A program made the position numbers and the translations under genes. A DNA stretch of 42,411 nt from Candidatus Eiseniibacteriota bacterium (lineage in GTDB: Bacteria > Joyebacterota > Joyebacteria > Joyebacterales > Joyebacteraceae). The notes under the pieces are model-generated. The model had not been told where the DNA came from. It did not search any database and worked only from the letters and a program-made list of their open reading frames with translations. Shown here in pieces: positions 18,102 through 25,028 of the stretch. How positions within the stretch are numbered: the first letter of the stretch is position 1; the number at the start of each line of letters is the position of its first letter. Location: NCBI GenBank assembly GCA_030639555.1, contig DAOWCM010000002.1:1-42411 (forward strand), written 5' to 3'.

Positions 18102-18249
18102 TCCGCCGCCACCGTGCCCGGCTCCGTCGCCCGCAGCGCTCGAGGAGTTTGCGACGGCTCAGGTAGATCGTCCTCACTTTAAGGTGTGGATGGGCCGGCT
18201 ATTCCTGTACTGCAAGTCGATGGACGCGCTATCCGGGAACGAGCCCTAG
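18022..18249 (+). CDS. Candidate o-spanin lipoprotein (75 aa), overlapping the i-spanin 3' end in another frame
   Basis: MILLMLGAVILAAAVWSGC has a lipobox-like WSGC. It is followed by a Pro-rich mature part, PKSPRPIDPPPPCPAPSP, with further Cys residues. Confidence 0.45.
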   Translation: MILLMLGAVILAAAVWSGCPKSPRPIDPPPPCPAPSPAALEEFATAQVDRPHFKVWMGRLFLYCKSMDALSGNEP

Positions 18250-18437
18250 CCGGGGCCGAATGTGCCGTCGTGTAGCGCGCGCTGCGACTCTAGGCAGCGT
18301 AGGATCTTATCGAGCGTAGAGCCAATCAAGTCGAGCCGCTCGCAGATCTCGGCGCCGACTTGCCATGGGTGCATATCCGCTACCTGTCCCATTTTGTGGT
18401 ACTCATTCGCGATCCCGTTCATATCTTCAGGCGTCAT
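18246..18437 (-). CDS. Hypothetical protein (63 aa), last gene of the early-left operon
   Basis: The internal ATG at 18437 overlaps the upstream stop (TGATG). Sequence: MTPEDMNGIANEYHKMGQVADMHPWQVGAEICERLDLIGSTLDKILRCLESQ... Confidence 0.4.
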   Translation of the reverse strand: MTPEDMNGIANEYHKMGQVADMHPWQVGAEICERLDLIGSTLDKILRCLESQRALHDGTFGPG

Positions 18438-18910
18438 CACGTGTTCTGCACCTCGATGCGGTGTCGGCTGTCGCTGCCGATCCCGCGGTTTGTGACGATG
18501 ATCACCGCCTCGTCGTACGGATCCATCGCCCGCATGAAGTAGTCGTGTGCGCTGCGGCTGTTTACTACCGCCCACCTCATTAGATTAGTCGTACGGCCTC
18601 GTAGCCACCCGAGGCCCGTACCCGGGGCTATACACCCGAGTAGGTCGTCTATCGTATTGCCGATGTGAATCTTGATCTCGTCGCGCTCTAGTACGCCGCA
18701 GACCTCCCAGGTAGCGTAGTCACCCTGGTTGTAGTGGCAGGGACGGAGGGGGTAGGTTCCGCACGGGATACAGGAGATGAAGCGCTCGTTATCGATCCAC
18801 GGACGCTCGACCGTGTAGCACTCGAATGCTTTATCCCAAGAGACGCCTACCGTGAGATCGCCGAACGTGCCGTGCGGCGTGTGACCCCAACGTCTTAGCG
18901 TAACGATCAT
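18437..18910 (-). CDS. DUF5675-like protein (157 aa) with a YkuD/L,D-peptidase-like H...GC signature; candidate cell-wall hydrolase
   Basis: GTFGDL...CYTVERPW..N...SCIPCGTYPL... and ERDEIKIHIGNTIDDLLGCIAPG match the pattern I recall for DUF5675 phage proteins (HxGN...GCI). Confidence 0.55.
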   Translation of the reverse strand: MIVTLRRWGHTPHGTFGDLTVGVSWDKAFECYTVERPWIDNERFISCIPCGTYPLRPCHYNQGDYATWEVCGVLERDEIKIHIGNTIDDLLGCIAPGTGLGWLRGRTTNLMRWAVVNSRSAHDYFMRAMDPYDEAVIIVTNRGIGSDSRHRIEVQNT

Positions 18911-19284
18911 CGTCGCCCCGTCTTTCGCTCGCGCGCACGGAGCGCGCTCTCGAGCATCGATTCGAGGCCGCGTACGACGGCTCGCGCGTGCCTCCGCGCC
19001 TCCTCAAAATTCTCGGCCACTCGGGCATCGGCCCAACTCTCGAACGCGGGATACTTCGTACACGGCGTCCAGCTACGGTTATAGAGCCGAAGAGACACGG
19101 GACAGTACGAGCACTGCGAACCGCCGCGCTTCTGCTGTCGCTGAGTAGCAGAGCGACAGAGCGGGCAAGGGGCGTCGTTGCCGGCTTGTTTGTGGCGAGC
19201 GGTCGCGTTCCAATCTTTGATGGTGCGACGGATCGCGATCTCCTGCGCCCGCGTGATGATCGGCATCGGTCGTGCGCGCGTCAT
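18907..19284 (-). CDS. Hypothetical Cys-containing protein (125 aa)
   Basis: GGAGGAG RBS and an ATGA overlap with the downstream gene. CPLC and CSYC pairs suggest zinc binding. Confidence 0.5.
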   Translation of the reverse strand: MTRARPMPIITRAQEIAIRRTIKDWNATARHKQAGNDAPCPLCRSATQRQQKRGGSQCSYCPVSLRLYNRSWTPCTKYPAFESWADARVAENFEEARRHARAVVRGLESMLESALRARERKTGRR

Positions 19285-19299
19285 CTACTCCTCCCCCTC

Positions 19300-19340
19300 C
19301 CCGCCGGCTGGGGCGGGTTAGGTCAGCCACGGGGGTGGCT
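19300..19340 (-). terminator. Two short GC-rich hairpins directly after the 19340..20398 gene (possible weak terminator or RNA-stability element)
   Basis: AGCCAC-GGGG-GTGGCT (19325-19340, touching the stop codon) and CCCGCC-N6-GGCGGG (19300-19317). Neither is followed by a U-tract. Confidence 0.25.
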
Positions 19341-20398
19341 CACTCGGTGTCCACTTGAATAAACACATCTCTCGTGTATGTCATCGGCATAAACCACGGA
19401 TCCTCGCTGGTCGAACCGCAGCCGGGACTGAGCAGATCGTCCTCCGGATCGTACATCCCGCACCACCCGACCCAGAGATCCAGTGCCGAGGCATCAGGAG
19501 TCTCGCTCATCTTGATCGGCAGATTGACGAGATCCGCAAATGTGACCGAGAACGTGGCTTCGTCGAGTAGGTCCTCTGACGAAAGACCGTCCAGAATCAC
19601 CATGTAATCCTCCCTGGTAGGGGCGCCGCCTACCCTGTAGGCTTCGCACTCCCAGTCCGCGGGAACATTGGCAGAGATCCAGTCGGAGCAGTCGAAGCGA
19701 TTGTAATAATCGGTATCGTCCAGGGCTGATATCGTTATGCCTAAATCGTGGTTCTCCCCAAGGGCCCTCGTGTAGACCGTCATCCTGATTTTGGCGATGC
19801 CATCCTCAGGCCAGGTACCATGTGGCGGCATCCAGGCTTGTACTGATATGTCCTTCGTGTTACCAGCCGAGATACCATGGCCGTGCTCCAAGGACGTCAT
19901 CAAAAATGCTGCATGGTTGCCTATTTCTACACACTCCTTTGCGTTCCCACAGGCCGCCTTGGATCCATCTGCGCACTGAGCACCTGGGCTTTGTGTTTCA
20001 TTGAACATTCCTTGGAAGATCGAGTAATCGGACGCCTCGACCTTACCAATGCAGTCGTGGTTAGCCTGATCGTCGTAGTCGGCATGTTTCCTGCCAAGGT
20101 TGAATGTGGCCTTGAAGGTAGAGAAGTCGGTCGGACCGACTTTGCCGACGTTATCGAAGTTGGCATCGCAGGCATTGCCGTATCCGTCGCTGTCGCTGTC
20201 CCCCTGTTCCCAGTTGAAGTCGTCGGGACAGTTATCGCTGACGTCATCGTTCGGGTCATCCTCGACCCACGTAATGGTGGCGCTGGGATCATGGAAAGAA
20301 TCCCCGTCTGTGTCGCCCAGATAGAAATCGGCCTGGACTATAGTAACGCCCAGTGCCAGCAGAATGGCGCATGCTAGTGCAATCACGTTATACCTCAT
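19340..20398 (-). CDS. Secreted protein (352 aa) with thrombospondin-type-3/dockerin-like Ca-binding repeats; low-GC moron-like gene
   Basis: Signal peptide MRYNVIALACAILLALGVTIVQA. DNCPDDFNWEQGDSDSDGYGNACD is TSP3-like. DANFDNVGKVGPTDFSTFKATF and NHDCIGKVEASDYSIFQGMF are dockerin/EF-hand-like. AGGAG RBS 9 nt upstream. GC is visibly lower than in the flanks. Confidence 0.7.
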   Translation of the reverse strand: MRYNVIALACAILLALGVTIVQADFYLGDTDGDSFHDPSATITWVEDDPNDDVSDNCPDDFNWEQGDSDSDGYGNACDANFDNVGKVGPTDFSTFKATFNLGRKHADYDDQANHDCIGKVEASDYSIFQGMFNETQSPGAQCADGSKAACGNAKECVEIGNHAAFLMTSLEHGHGISAGNTKDISVQAWMPPHGTWPEDGIAKIRMTVYTRALGENHDLGITISALDDTDYYNRFDCSDWISANVPADWECEAYRVGGAPTREDYMVILDGLSSEDLLDEATFSVTFADLVNLPIKMSETPDASALDLWVGWCGMYDPEDDLLSPGCGSTSEDPWFMPMTYTRDVFIQVDTE

Positions 20399-20404
20399 GG
20401 TGTG

Positions 20405-20656
20405 TTACTCCTTGTTGTTGGTGGTGTCTTCGTCCCCCAGTGCGCAAATCTCTTGGGCCAACGTGATCATGTCGTCCTCGTCGAGCCACTTGGAGTTTGC
20501 AACATAGGCCGCACACCTCTCCTTCATCTCCCGGCGGGCGGTGGCGAGGGCGGCTTGGTGGTCGGTGTATTTGACACAACTACCGTTTCGATGCGGCTCC
20601 ATTCTGGCATAATGATCGCCATCGTATTCCAGTCTGTACCGCTGGATGTCAGCCAT
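20405..20656 (-). CDS. Hypothetical protein (83 aa)
   Basis: ORF with an ATGGCTGA overlap to the upstream gene. No recognisable motif. Confidence 0.5.
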   Translation of the reverse strand: MADIQRYRLEYDGDHYARMEPHRNGSCVKYTDHQAALATARREMKERCAAYVANSKWLDEDDMITLAQEICALGDEDTTNNKE

Positions 20657-21311
20657 CCCTGTTCCCCTCTGCCATGATGGCGTCGATGGCGGTTGTTATC
20701 TCATCGATGCGCATCTTGACTTGGCGGTCGCCCTCTGCCGAGCCGGTGCCGTACATCGTGGGGCATAAACCATCTGGAACCTCGGTAGCCCACGGTGGCA
20801 CGAACTGATGTAGGTAGTGCGCACGGTTGAACCACCGCTCCCCATCCTTCTTGGCCACCGCCAGCTTCTTTTCCAGTTCTGCCGACTGCATCATCGATAG
20901 CACTATTATACCGCTCGCGTAGCGCAGATTGTTTTGCGCCTCTTCACGGTCCATGGCATCGATTCCATCGCTAGTGAGCTCGCAGAGGTTTTTTACTGTG
21001 ACGAGCTTCTGCTGCGCTGTCGCAAGTTCTCCGCTGAGCCGTTCGATCTCGGCGCATCCTTCAGGGTTTCTCGCTTGGCGATAGACGATCTCGGTTTCTC
21101 CCCAGTCGTCTTCGCCAACCGCATCACGGGCGCTTGCCTCCACTTGCTCGTGTGTCTCGAATGGTCCACACCAGCCCTCGTCCGGGTATTCGGAGTACGC
21201 CCACCACCAGGGATCCGATGCACAGCGTTCGCGGAGGCGGGCGTTCTCCTCTAGAACACGTTGGTGTTCCGCAATCCCTACCCACTGGCCGCTTCCAGAG
21301 TGTTCACCCAT
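20649..21311 (-). CDS. Hypothetical protein (220 aa)
   Basis: The internal ATG at 21311 (MGEHSGSGQW...) overlaps the upstream stop (ATGGGTGA). The N-terminal extension of ORF 20649..21734 is Arg/Ser-rich junk that overlaps other genes. Confidence 0.5.
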   Translation of the reverse strand: MGEHSGSGQWVGIAEHQRVLEENARLRERCASDPWWWAYSEYPDEGWCGPFETHEQVEASARDAVGEDDWGETEIVYRQARNPEGCAEIERLSGELATAQQKLVTVKNLCELTSDGIDAMDREEAQNNLRYASGIIVLSMMQSAELEKKLAVAKKDGERWFNRAHYLHQFVPPWATEVPDGLCPTMYGTGSAEGDRQVKMRIDEITTAIDAIMAEGNRDG

Positions 21312-21570
21312 GGCCGCGTTCCTCGTTGTGGTTCTCGACGAACTCCTCGATCGCCCGCGCCGCCTCGTGCCCGTCGACCGGATCGCCGAGGTTGATCTCG
21401 ATCTGATCGCCGTTCGGCAGATCGAGGATCTGCTCGTAGTGGAAGTACGACAGCGCCGTCTCGGCCCGTTCGGCCCGCGCCCGGCATAGGTCAAACTGCA
21501 CCTGAAGACGGCCGAGCCGCCTTTGTAGATCCAGCAGTCGCCCCACTGTGCCATCGGTGTCAATCGGCAT
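21304..21570 (-). CDS. Hypothetical protein (88 aa)
   Basis: Start at MPIDTDGTVGRLLDLQRRLGRLQ..., directly after the upstream gene's stop at 21572. Confidence 0.5.
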   Translation of the reverse strand: MPIDTDGTVGRLLDLQRRLGRLQVQFDLCRARAERAETALSYFHYEQILDLPNGDQIEINLGDPVDGHEAARAIEEFVENHNEERGHG

Positions 21571-21571
21571 C

Positions 21572-21862
21572 TCAGAGCTTCTCCAGATTCTTGAGGCATG
21601 CGCGGGCCTCGGTCTCGAAGGTCTGTAGACGGGCGATCTCCTCGCCCGGGTCCCCAGTGCCGTGTTTGCCGTTCTTGTCGTGGTCGAAGACCAAGGTGCA
21701 GGTGTCGCAGATAATGATCTCGCACACTCGGCACCGAGACGCCTCAAGCCCCCACGGCCTACCGTCTAAAGTGGCGAGGTTCAGTAGTTCTCCTCCACAC
21801 GATCCGCACAGTCCGAACTCGGCCTGGATCATCCGAGGGGCGCTGTCGCTATTCGTCGCCAT
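21572..21862 (-). CDS. Cys-rich zinc-ribbon-like protein (96 aa)
   Basis: CGSCGG...CRVCEIIICDTC gives two CxxC pairs plus extra Cys residues. Confidence 0.5.
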   Translation of the reverse strand: MATNSDSAPRMIQAEFGLCGSCGGELLNLATLDGRPWGLEASRCRVCEIIICDTCTLVFDHDKNGKHGTGDPGEEIARLQTFETEARACLKNLEKL

Positions 21863-23150
21863 CGTTTGTCTCCCCTTTTTCGGCGCCCTGGATCGCGCCG
21901 TCCTCGATGATCACCGAGCACTCGTCGCCGTGTCCTACCCGTTCGATCCACACCTGCCCGCCGGCCTCCTGTGCCATCTCGCAGATCAGCGAGAGGTTCC
22001 CTTCGTCCAGTAGCGAGCCGTCGCGGATCAGCAGGATCTTGAGCTTCGGATTCAGGGCGAATCCCATGGCGACACTCACGCGCATGCGCCCCGACTGTGA
22101 CGCCTGCTCGAGCGGGAAGCCCTCGAACGTGACGCCTACGTCCGAGACGCCGAGCCCCTCGATCGGGAAATCGGCCTCGGATATGGCCGCCGCCTTCTTC
22201 TGATCGATCTCCGCGATGATCTCCGAGGCCCCACTCGCCGCGATAACGGCCGCGTCGAATTGCCCCTCGGTGATCGTCCGCTCGCGGTTGTCGCGCACCT
22301 CCTGGTTCGTCTTCTCGATCCCCCGCATGGTATCGATCAGTGTCTCGGTATCGGGATACGGCAGTGCCCGACGCTCGCGCTGGAGATCGCCTAGTAGGTT
22401 CTTGGCGGTGTGTAGGGTCTCGGTAAGCTTCGTCAGCGCGTCTTGCATGCTCTTGATCTGGTTCTCAAGTTCGGCTTTCTTCAGGCAGAGATCGCCGACA
22501 CGTGCGTCCGTCGCCTGCTCCCGGCTCTCTAGCTTCTGGTAAGCGCGCTCGTGCGCGCGAGCCTCCTCGATCTGCGTCGCCAACGCGCCCACCGATAGCT
22601 CTTCTTCCGGGACCCCATCATGCGTCGGCATCGCTTCGACGACCGCTCGTAGCCGCCTTACCTCGGCGTTGAGCGCGGTGCGGCGCGCGTATACCTCGGC
22701 CCGCTCCGCGTCCAGCGCCGTCGTATCCAGCCCGGCGACCGACTTGAGCGTCTCGAGCTGCTCGGCCGGCTTCATGCGCGCGAACGCCGCCGGGTCGAAC
22801 GTGAGCTCGCCGATCAGGCTATCGAGGAGTGCCTGAGGCGAGCGGTGCGTGAGCCCCTCGGGATTCTCGACGGTCACCGTGCCGCCGCCCGATTCGGTGA
22901 ACGTCCTGGTGACGACGAACTTCCCGAGGTCTACCCGTACCCGGCCCCGCTTGGCGCCTCGCCGTAGCGGCTCCTCGGGCATCAACGCTTTGCCGCCCAG
23001 CGCGTAGGCGATCGAGTCGACCACCGAGCTTTTGCCGGCATCGTTGTCGCCGCCCACCACGATGACACCCGCGCCGTCCGGGCGGATCTTGACGGCCGAC
23101 AGCCGCTTCACGTTCTCGGCCAGTAGCTCTATGACGTGCAGCTCTTCCAT
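21849..23150 (-). CDS. SMC/Rad50/RecN-like ABC ATPase with central coiled coil (433 aa)
   Basis: Walker A GGDNDAGKSS, signature-like ASQSGRMRVS, Walker B KILLIRDGSLLD, and a long heptad-like middle region. AGAGGGAG RBS. Confidence 0.75.
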   Translation of the reverse strand: MEELHVIELLAENVKRLSAVKIRPDGAGVIVVGGDNDAGKSSVVDSIAYALGGKALMPEEPLRRGAKRGRVRVDLGKFVVTRTFTESGGGTVTVENPEGLTHRSPQALLDSLIGELTFDPAAFARMKPAEQLETLKSVAGLDTTALDAERAEVYARRTALNAEVRRLRAVVEAMPTHDGVPEEELSVGALATQIEEARAHERAYQKLESREQATDARVGDLCLKKAELENQIKSMQDALTKLTETLHTAKNLLGDLQRERRALPYPDTETLIDTMRGIEKTNQEVRDNRERTITEGQFDAAVIAASGASEIIAEIDQKKAAAISEADFPIEGLGVSDVGVTFEGFPLEQASQSGRMRVSVAMGFALNPKLKILLIRDGSLLDEGNLSLICEMAQEAGGQVWIERVGHGDECSVIIEDGAIQGAEKGETNDGDE

Positions 23151-23178
23151 GGTCTCGTTCTCCCTCTGGTGCGCGGGG

Positions 23179-23457
23179 TTATGCCCGCGGTAAGCCCGCC
23201 GCCCGCTTCCGCCACTCTGCGAACAGCAAATCGGCGCCCTCGACCGCAGAGATCACGGACTGATCGGCTGCGATGTACGCCGCCATCGATCCCCCGAGCG
23301 CGTTCATCGCAAAGTACGTCCACACCTCAAGCTCGTAGCGCGTCAAGGCTGAGTCCTCGAAATGATCGGGCGGCGGCTCCTCGCCAGCGATCGCGCGGCC
23401 GATCAGATTGGATCCGCCTGCGGGTCCGTGGATACACTCCTCGCACGGCTCAGCCAT
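23179..23457 (-). CDS. Hypothetical protein (92 aa), partial paralog of the upstream 183-aa protein
   Basis: MAEPCEEC...GRAIAGEEPPP shares the MAE..C..C start and the RAIAGEE segment with the 183-aa protein. That segment is a 22-nt perfect DNA repeat (23377-23398 = 23789-23810). Confidence 0.5.
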   Translation of the reverse strand: MAEPCEECIHGPAGGSNLIGRAIAGEEPPPDHFEDSALTRYELEVWTYFAMNALGGSMAAYIAADQSVISAVEGADLLFAEWRKRAAGLPRA

Positions 23458-23562
23458 CCCCATCCCCCTTCGCCGGCTCCCAGTCGTCCGGCGGCTCGTC
23501 GTCCTTGATCGGATCCGGGCCCACCTTTCGCTTCGGTGGCTGCTGGCCCTCCTTGATCTCGT
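23449..23562. repeat. 114-bp direct repeat, copy A (about 90% identical to 23993..24106), spanning a gene junction
   Basis: Hand alignment gives about 11 mismatches in 114 nt. The repeat covers the C-terminal tail codons of one gene, the stop, and the overlapping ATGGCTGA start of the next gene. Confidence 0.85.
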
Positions 23563-24001
23563 AGCTCTCGATGAAATCGGCCGCCGCACGAAGGACGGCC
23601 GCCTGCATCCACCCGTTTGAATCCTCGCCCGGGCCCTCGATCGCAATCGACCACGGGGCCCCCAGATTCGCCGTAGCCGGATCGTCCGAGTAGTACAGCC
23701 GCAGCCGGTACCGCTTTCCCTCGTCGACGTAATCGAATCCGTAGGCCACGTACCGGGGGGCGGTGGTGCGGGCGATGCCGATCGGCTCCTCCTCGCCAGC
23801 GATCGCGCGGGCTTTCTCGAGCCACTCGGCGAGCGGGCAAGCGAGTTTCTTCACATTCCCAAACGGGCCACATGGATCGGCGTTCCCGCATTTCTCGGAG
23901 ATCGCGTCGAGAAGGCGCTCGAGATCGTCGAGCATCGACGCCGAACCGAGTTTGACGAGGAGCTCGTCGCAGTCAGGGCACTTCTGGATCTGCTCAGCCA
24001 T
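23450..24001 (-). CDS. Hypothetical protein (183 aa) with N-terminal CxxC and the shared C-terminal tail IKEGQQPPKRKVGPDPIKDDEPPDDWEPAKGDGDG
   Basis: The internal ATG at 24001 (MAEQIQKCPDCDELL...) overlaps the upstream stop by 8 nt. The upstream part of ORF 23450..24238 is Arg-rich junk. Confidence 0.55.
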   Translation of the reverse strand: MAEQIQKCPDCDELLVKLGSASMLDDLERLLDAISEKCGNADPCGPFGNVKKLACPLAEWLEKARAIAGEEEPIGIARTTAPRYVAYGFDYVDEGKRYRLRLYYSDDPATANLGAPWSIAIEGPGEDSNGWMQAAVLRAAADFIESYEIKEGQQPPKRKVGPDPIKDDEPPDDWEPAKGDGDG

Positions 24002-24106
24002 CGTCCTCCCCCTTCGCCGGCTCCCAGTCGTCCGGCGGCTCGTCGTCGTGGATCGGATCCGGGCCGGCCTTCCGCTTCGGGGGCTGCTGGCCCTCCTTGA
24101 TCTCGT
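23993..24106. repeat. 114-bp direct repeat, copy B
   Basis: See copy A (23449..23562). The offset between copies is 544 bp. Confidence 0.85.
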
Positions 24107-25028
24107 GATTTGGGGGACCGACCGGCTTTTCCGCCCCCTTGAGCGCCTGTGCCGCCGCGTCAGCCGATTTCTGGGCCGCCTCCCTATCCGGGCCGCGAGG
24201 AGGCGGGAACGCCTCTCTGGCGCTGACCTCGCGATCAAGGGCGATGGCGCGGTACTTCAGCCGCAGGGCGACGATATCGTCCACCCCCACCTCGGCGCGG
24301 CCCTCGGCCCCCAGGTACGAGAGGATATTCGCCTCCTCGGCCCCAAGCTTGAGGAGCGCCGCGAACGCCTCGTCGACGCGCTGGGCGAACGGCGTATGGC
24401 CGTCGGCCCCGATCGCTAGGAGCTTCGCCTTGTGCCAGCACGGGTCCCACAGCGGCCTCGGTACGGTGGCGATGATCGCGTTGCGCCGGGCGATCGAGAT
24501 GGCCGCCGCGATCGTCGTCTCGACCATGTGGCTCGGGTACCGCTTCCCGCCCTTCCCGATGATCGGCCGCGTTACCTGGATCCGGTTCGCGTTGTTGTTC
24601 TCGAGGTCCCGACACGTACCGACCGCGATCACGTGGCGCGCGCCCTCTTCGAGAAACCCGGCCTCGACGACGAGGTTCTGGTAGTTGCACTGGATCATCT
24701 CGGCCAGCCGAACCGAGGGGCCGATGATCTTCTGCCCCCCCTTCGGGACCGCGTACGTGCAGTCGTCGGCGATCGCCCGGGTGCGCAGGGCCATGGCCTC
24801 GAGCCCTTTCTCGAACTTGACGATCGAGCGCGGGTAGGCGCGCGCCGTCGCGACCTGCACGTCCAGCGCGGCCGCCTCCGAGGCCCGGTACAGCTGCACG
24901 TCGCCCGGGTCCGTGGTGGCCGGCAGGACCTCGGCCTCGACTACCGTCCCGTTGCCCGCCGCGACCTCGGGTTGCGGTACGTCCATCCACCCGGCCGGCT
25001 CCTGCGGTCTCTGTTCGTTAGTCTGCAT
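23994..25028 (-). CDS. Putative single-strand annealing / recombination protein (344 aa), partner of the RecE-like exonuclease. The family is not securely recognised.
   Basis: Start MQTNEQRPQEP at 25028. It lies directly downstream of the exonuclease. The core ...TYAVPKGGQKIIGPSVRLAEMIQCNYQNL...DLENNNANRIQV...AISIARRNAI resembles phage recombinase-associated families. The C-terminal tail is IKEGQQPPKRKAGPDPIHDDEPPDDWEPAKGEDDG. Confidence 0.45.
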   Translation of the reverse strand: MQTNEQRPQEPAGWMDVPQPEVAAGNGTVVEAEVLPATTDPGDVQLYRASEAAALDVQVATARAYPRSIVKFEKGLEAMALRTRAIADDCTYAVPKGGQKIIGPSVRLAEMIQCNYQNLVVEAGFLEEGARHVIAVGTCRDLENNNANRIQVTRPIIGKGGKRYPSHMVETTIAAAISIARRNAIIATVPRPLWDPCWHKAKLLAIGADGHTPFAQRVDEAFAALLKLGAEEANILSYLGAEGRAEVGVDDIVALRLKYRAIALDREVSAREAFPPPRGPDREAAQKSADAAAQALKGAEKPVGPPNHEIKEGQQPPKRKAGPDPIHDDEPPDDWEPAKGEDDG

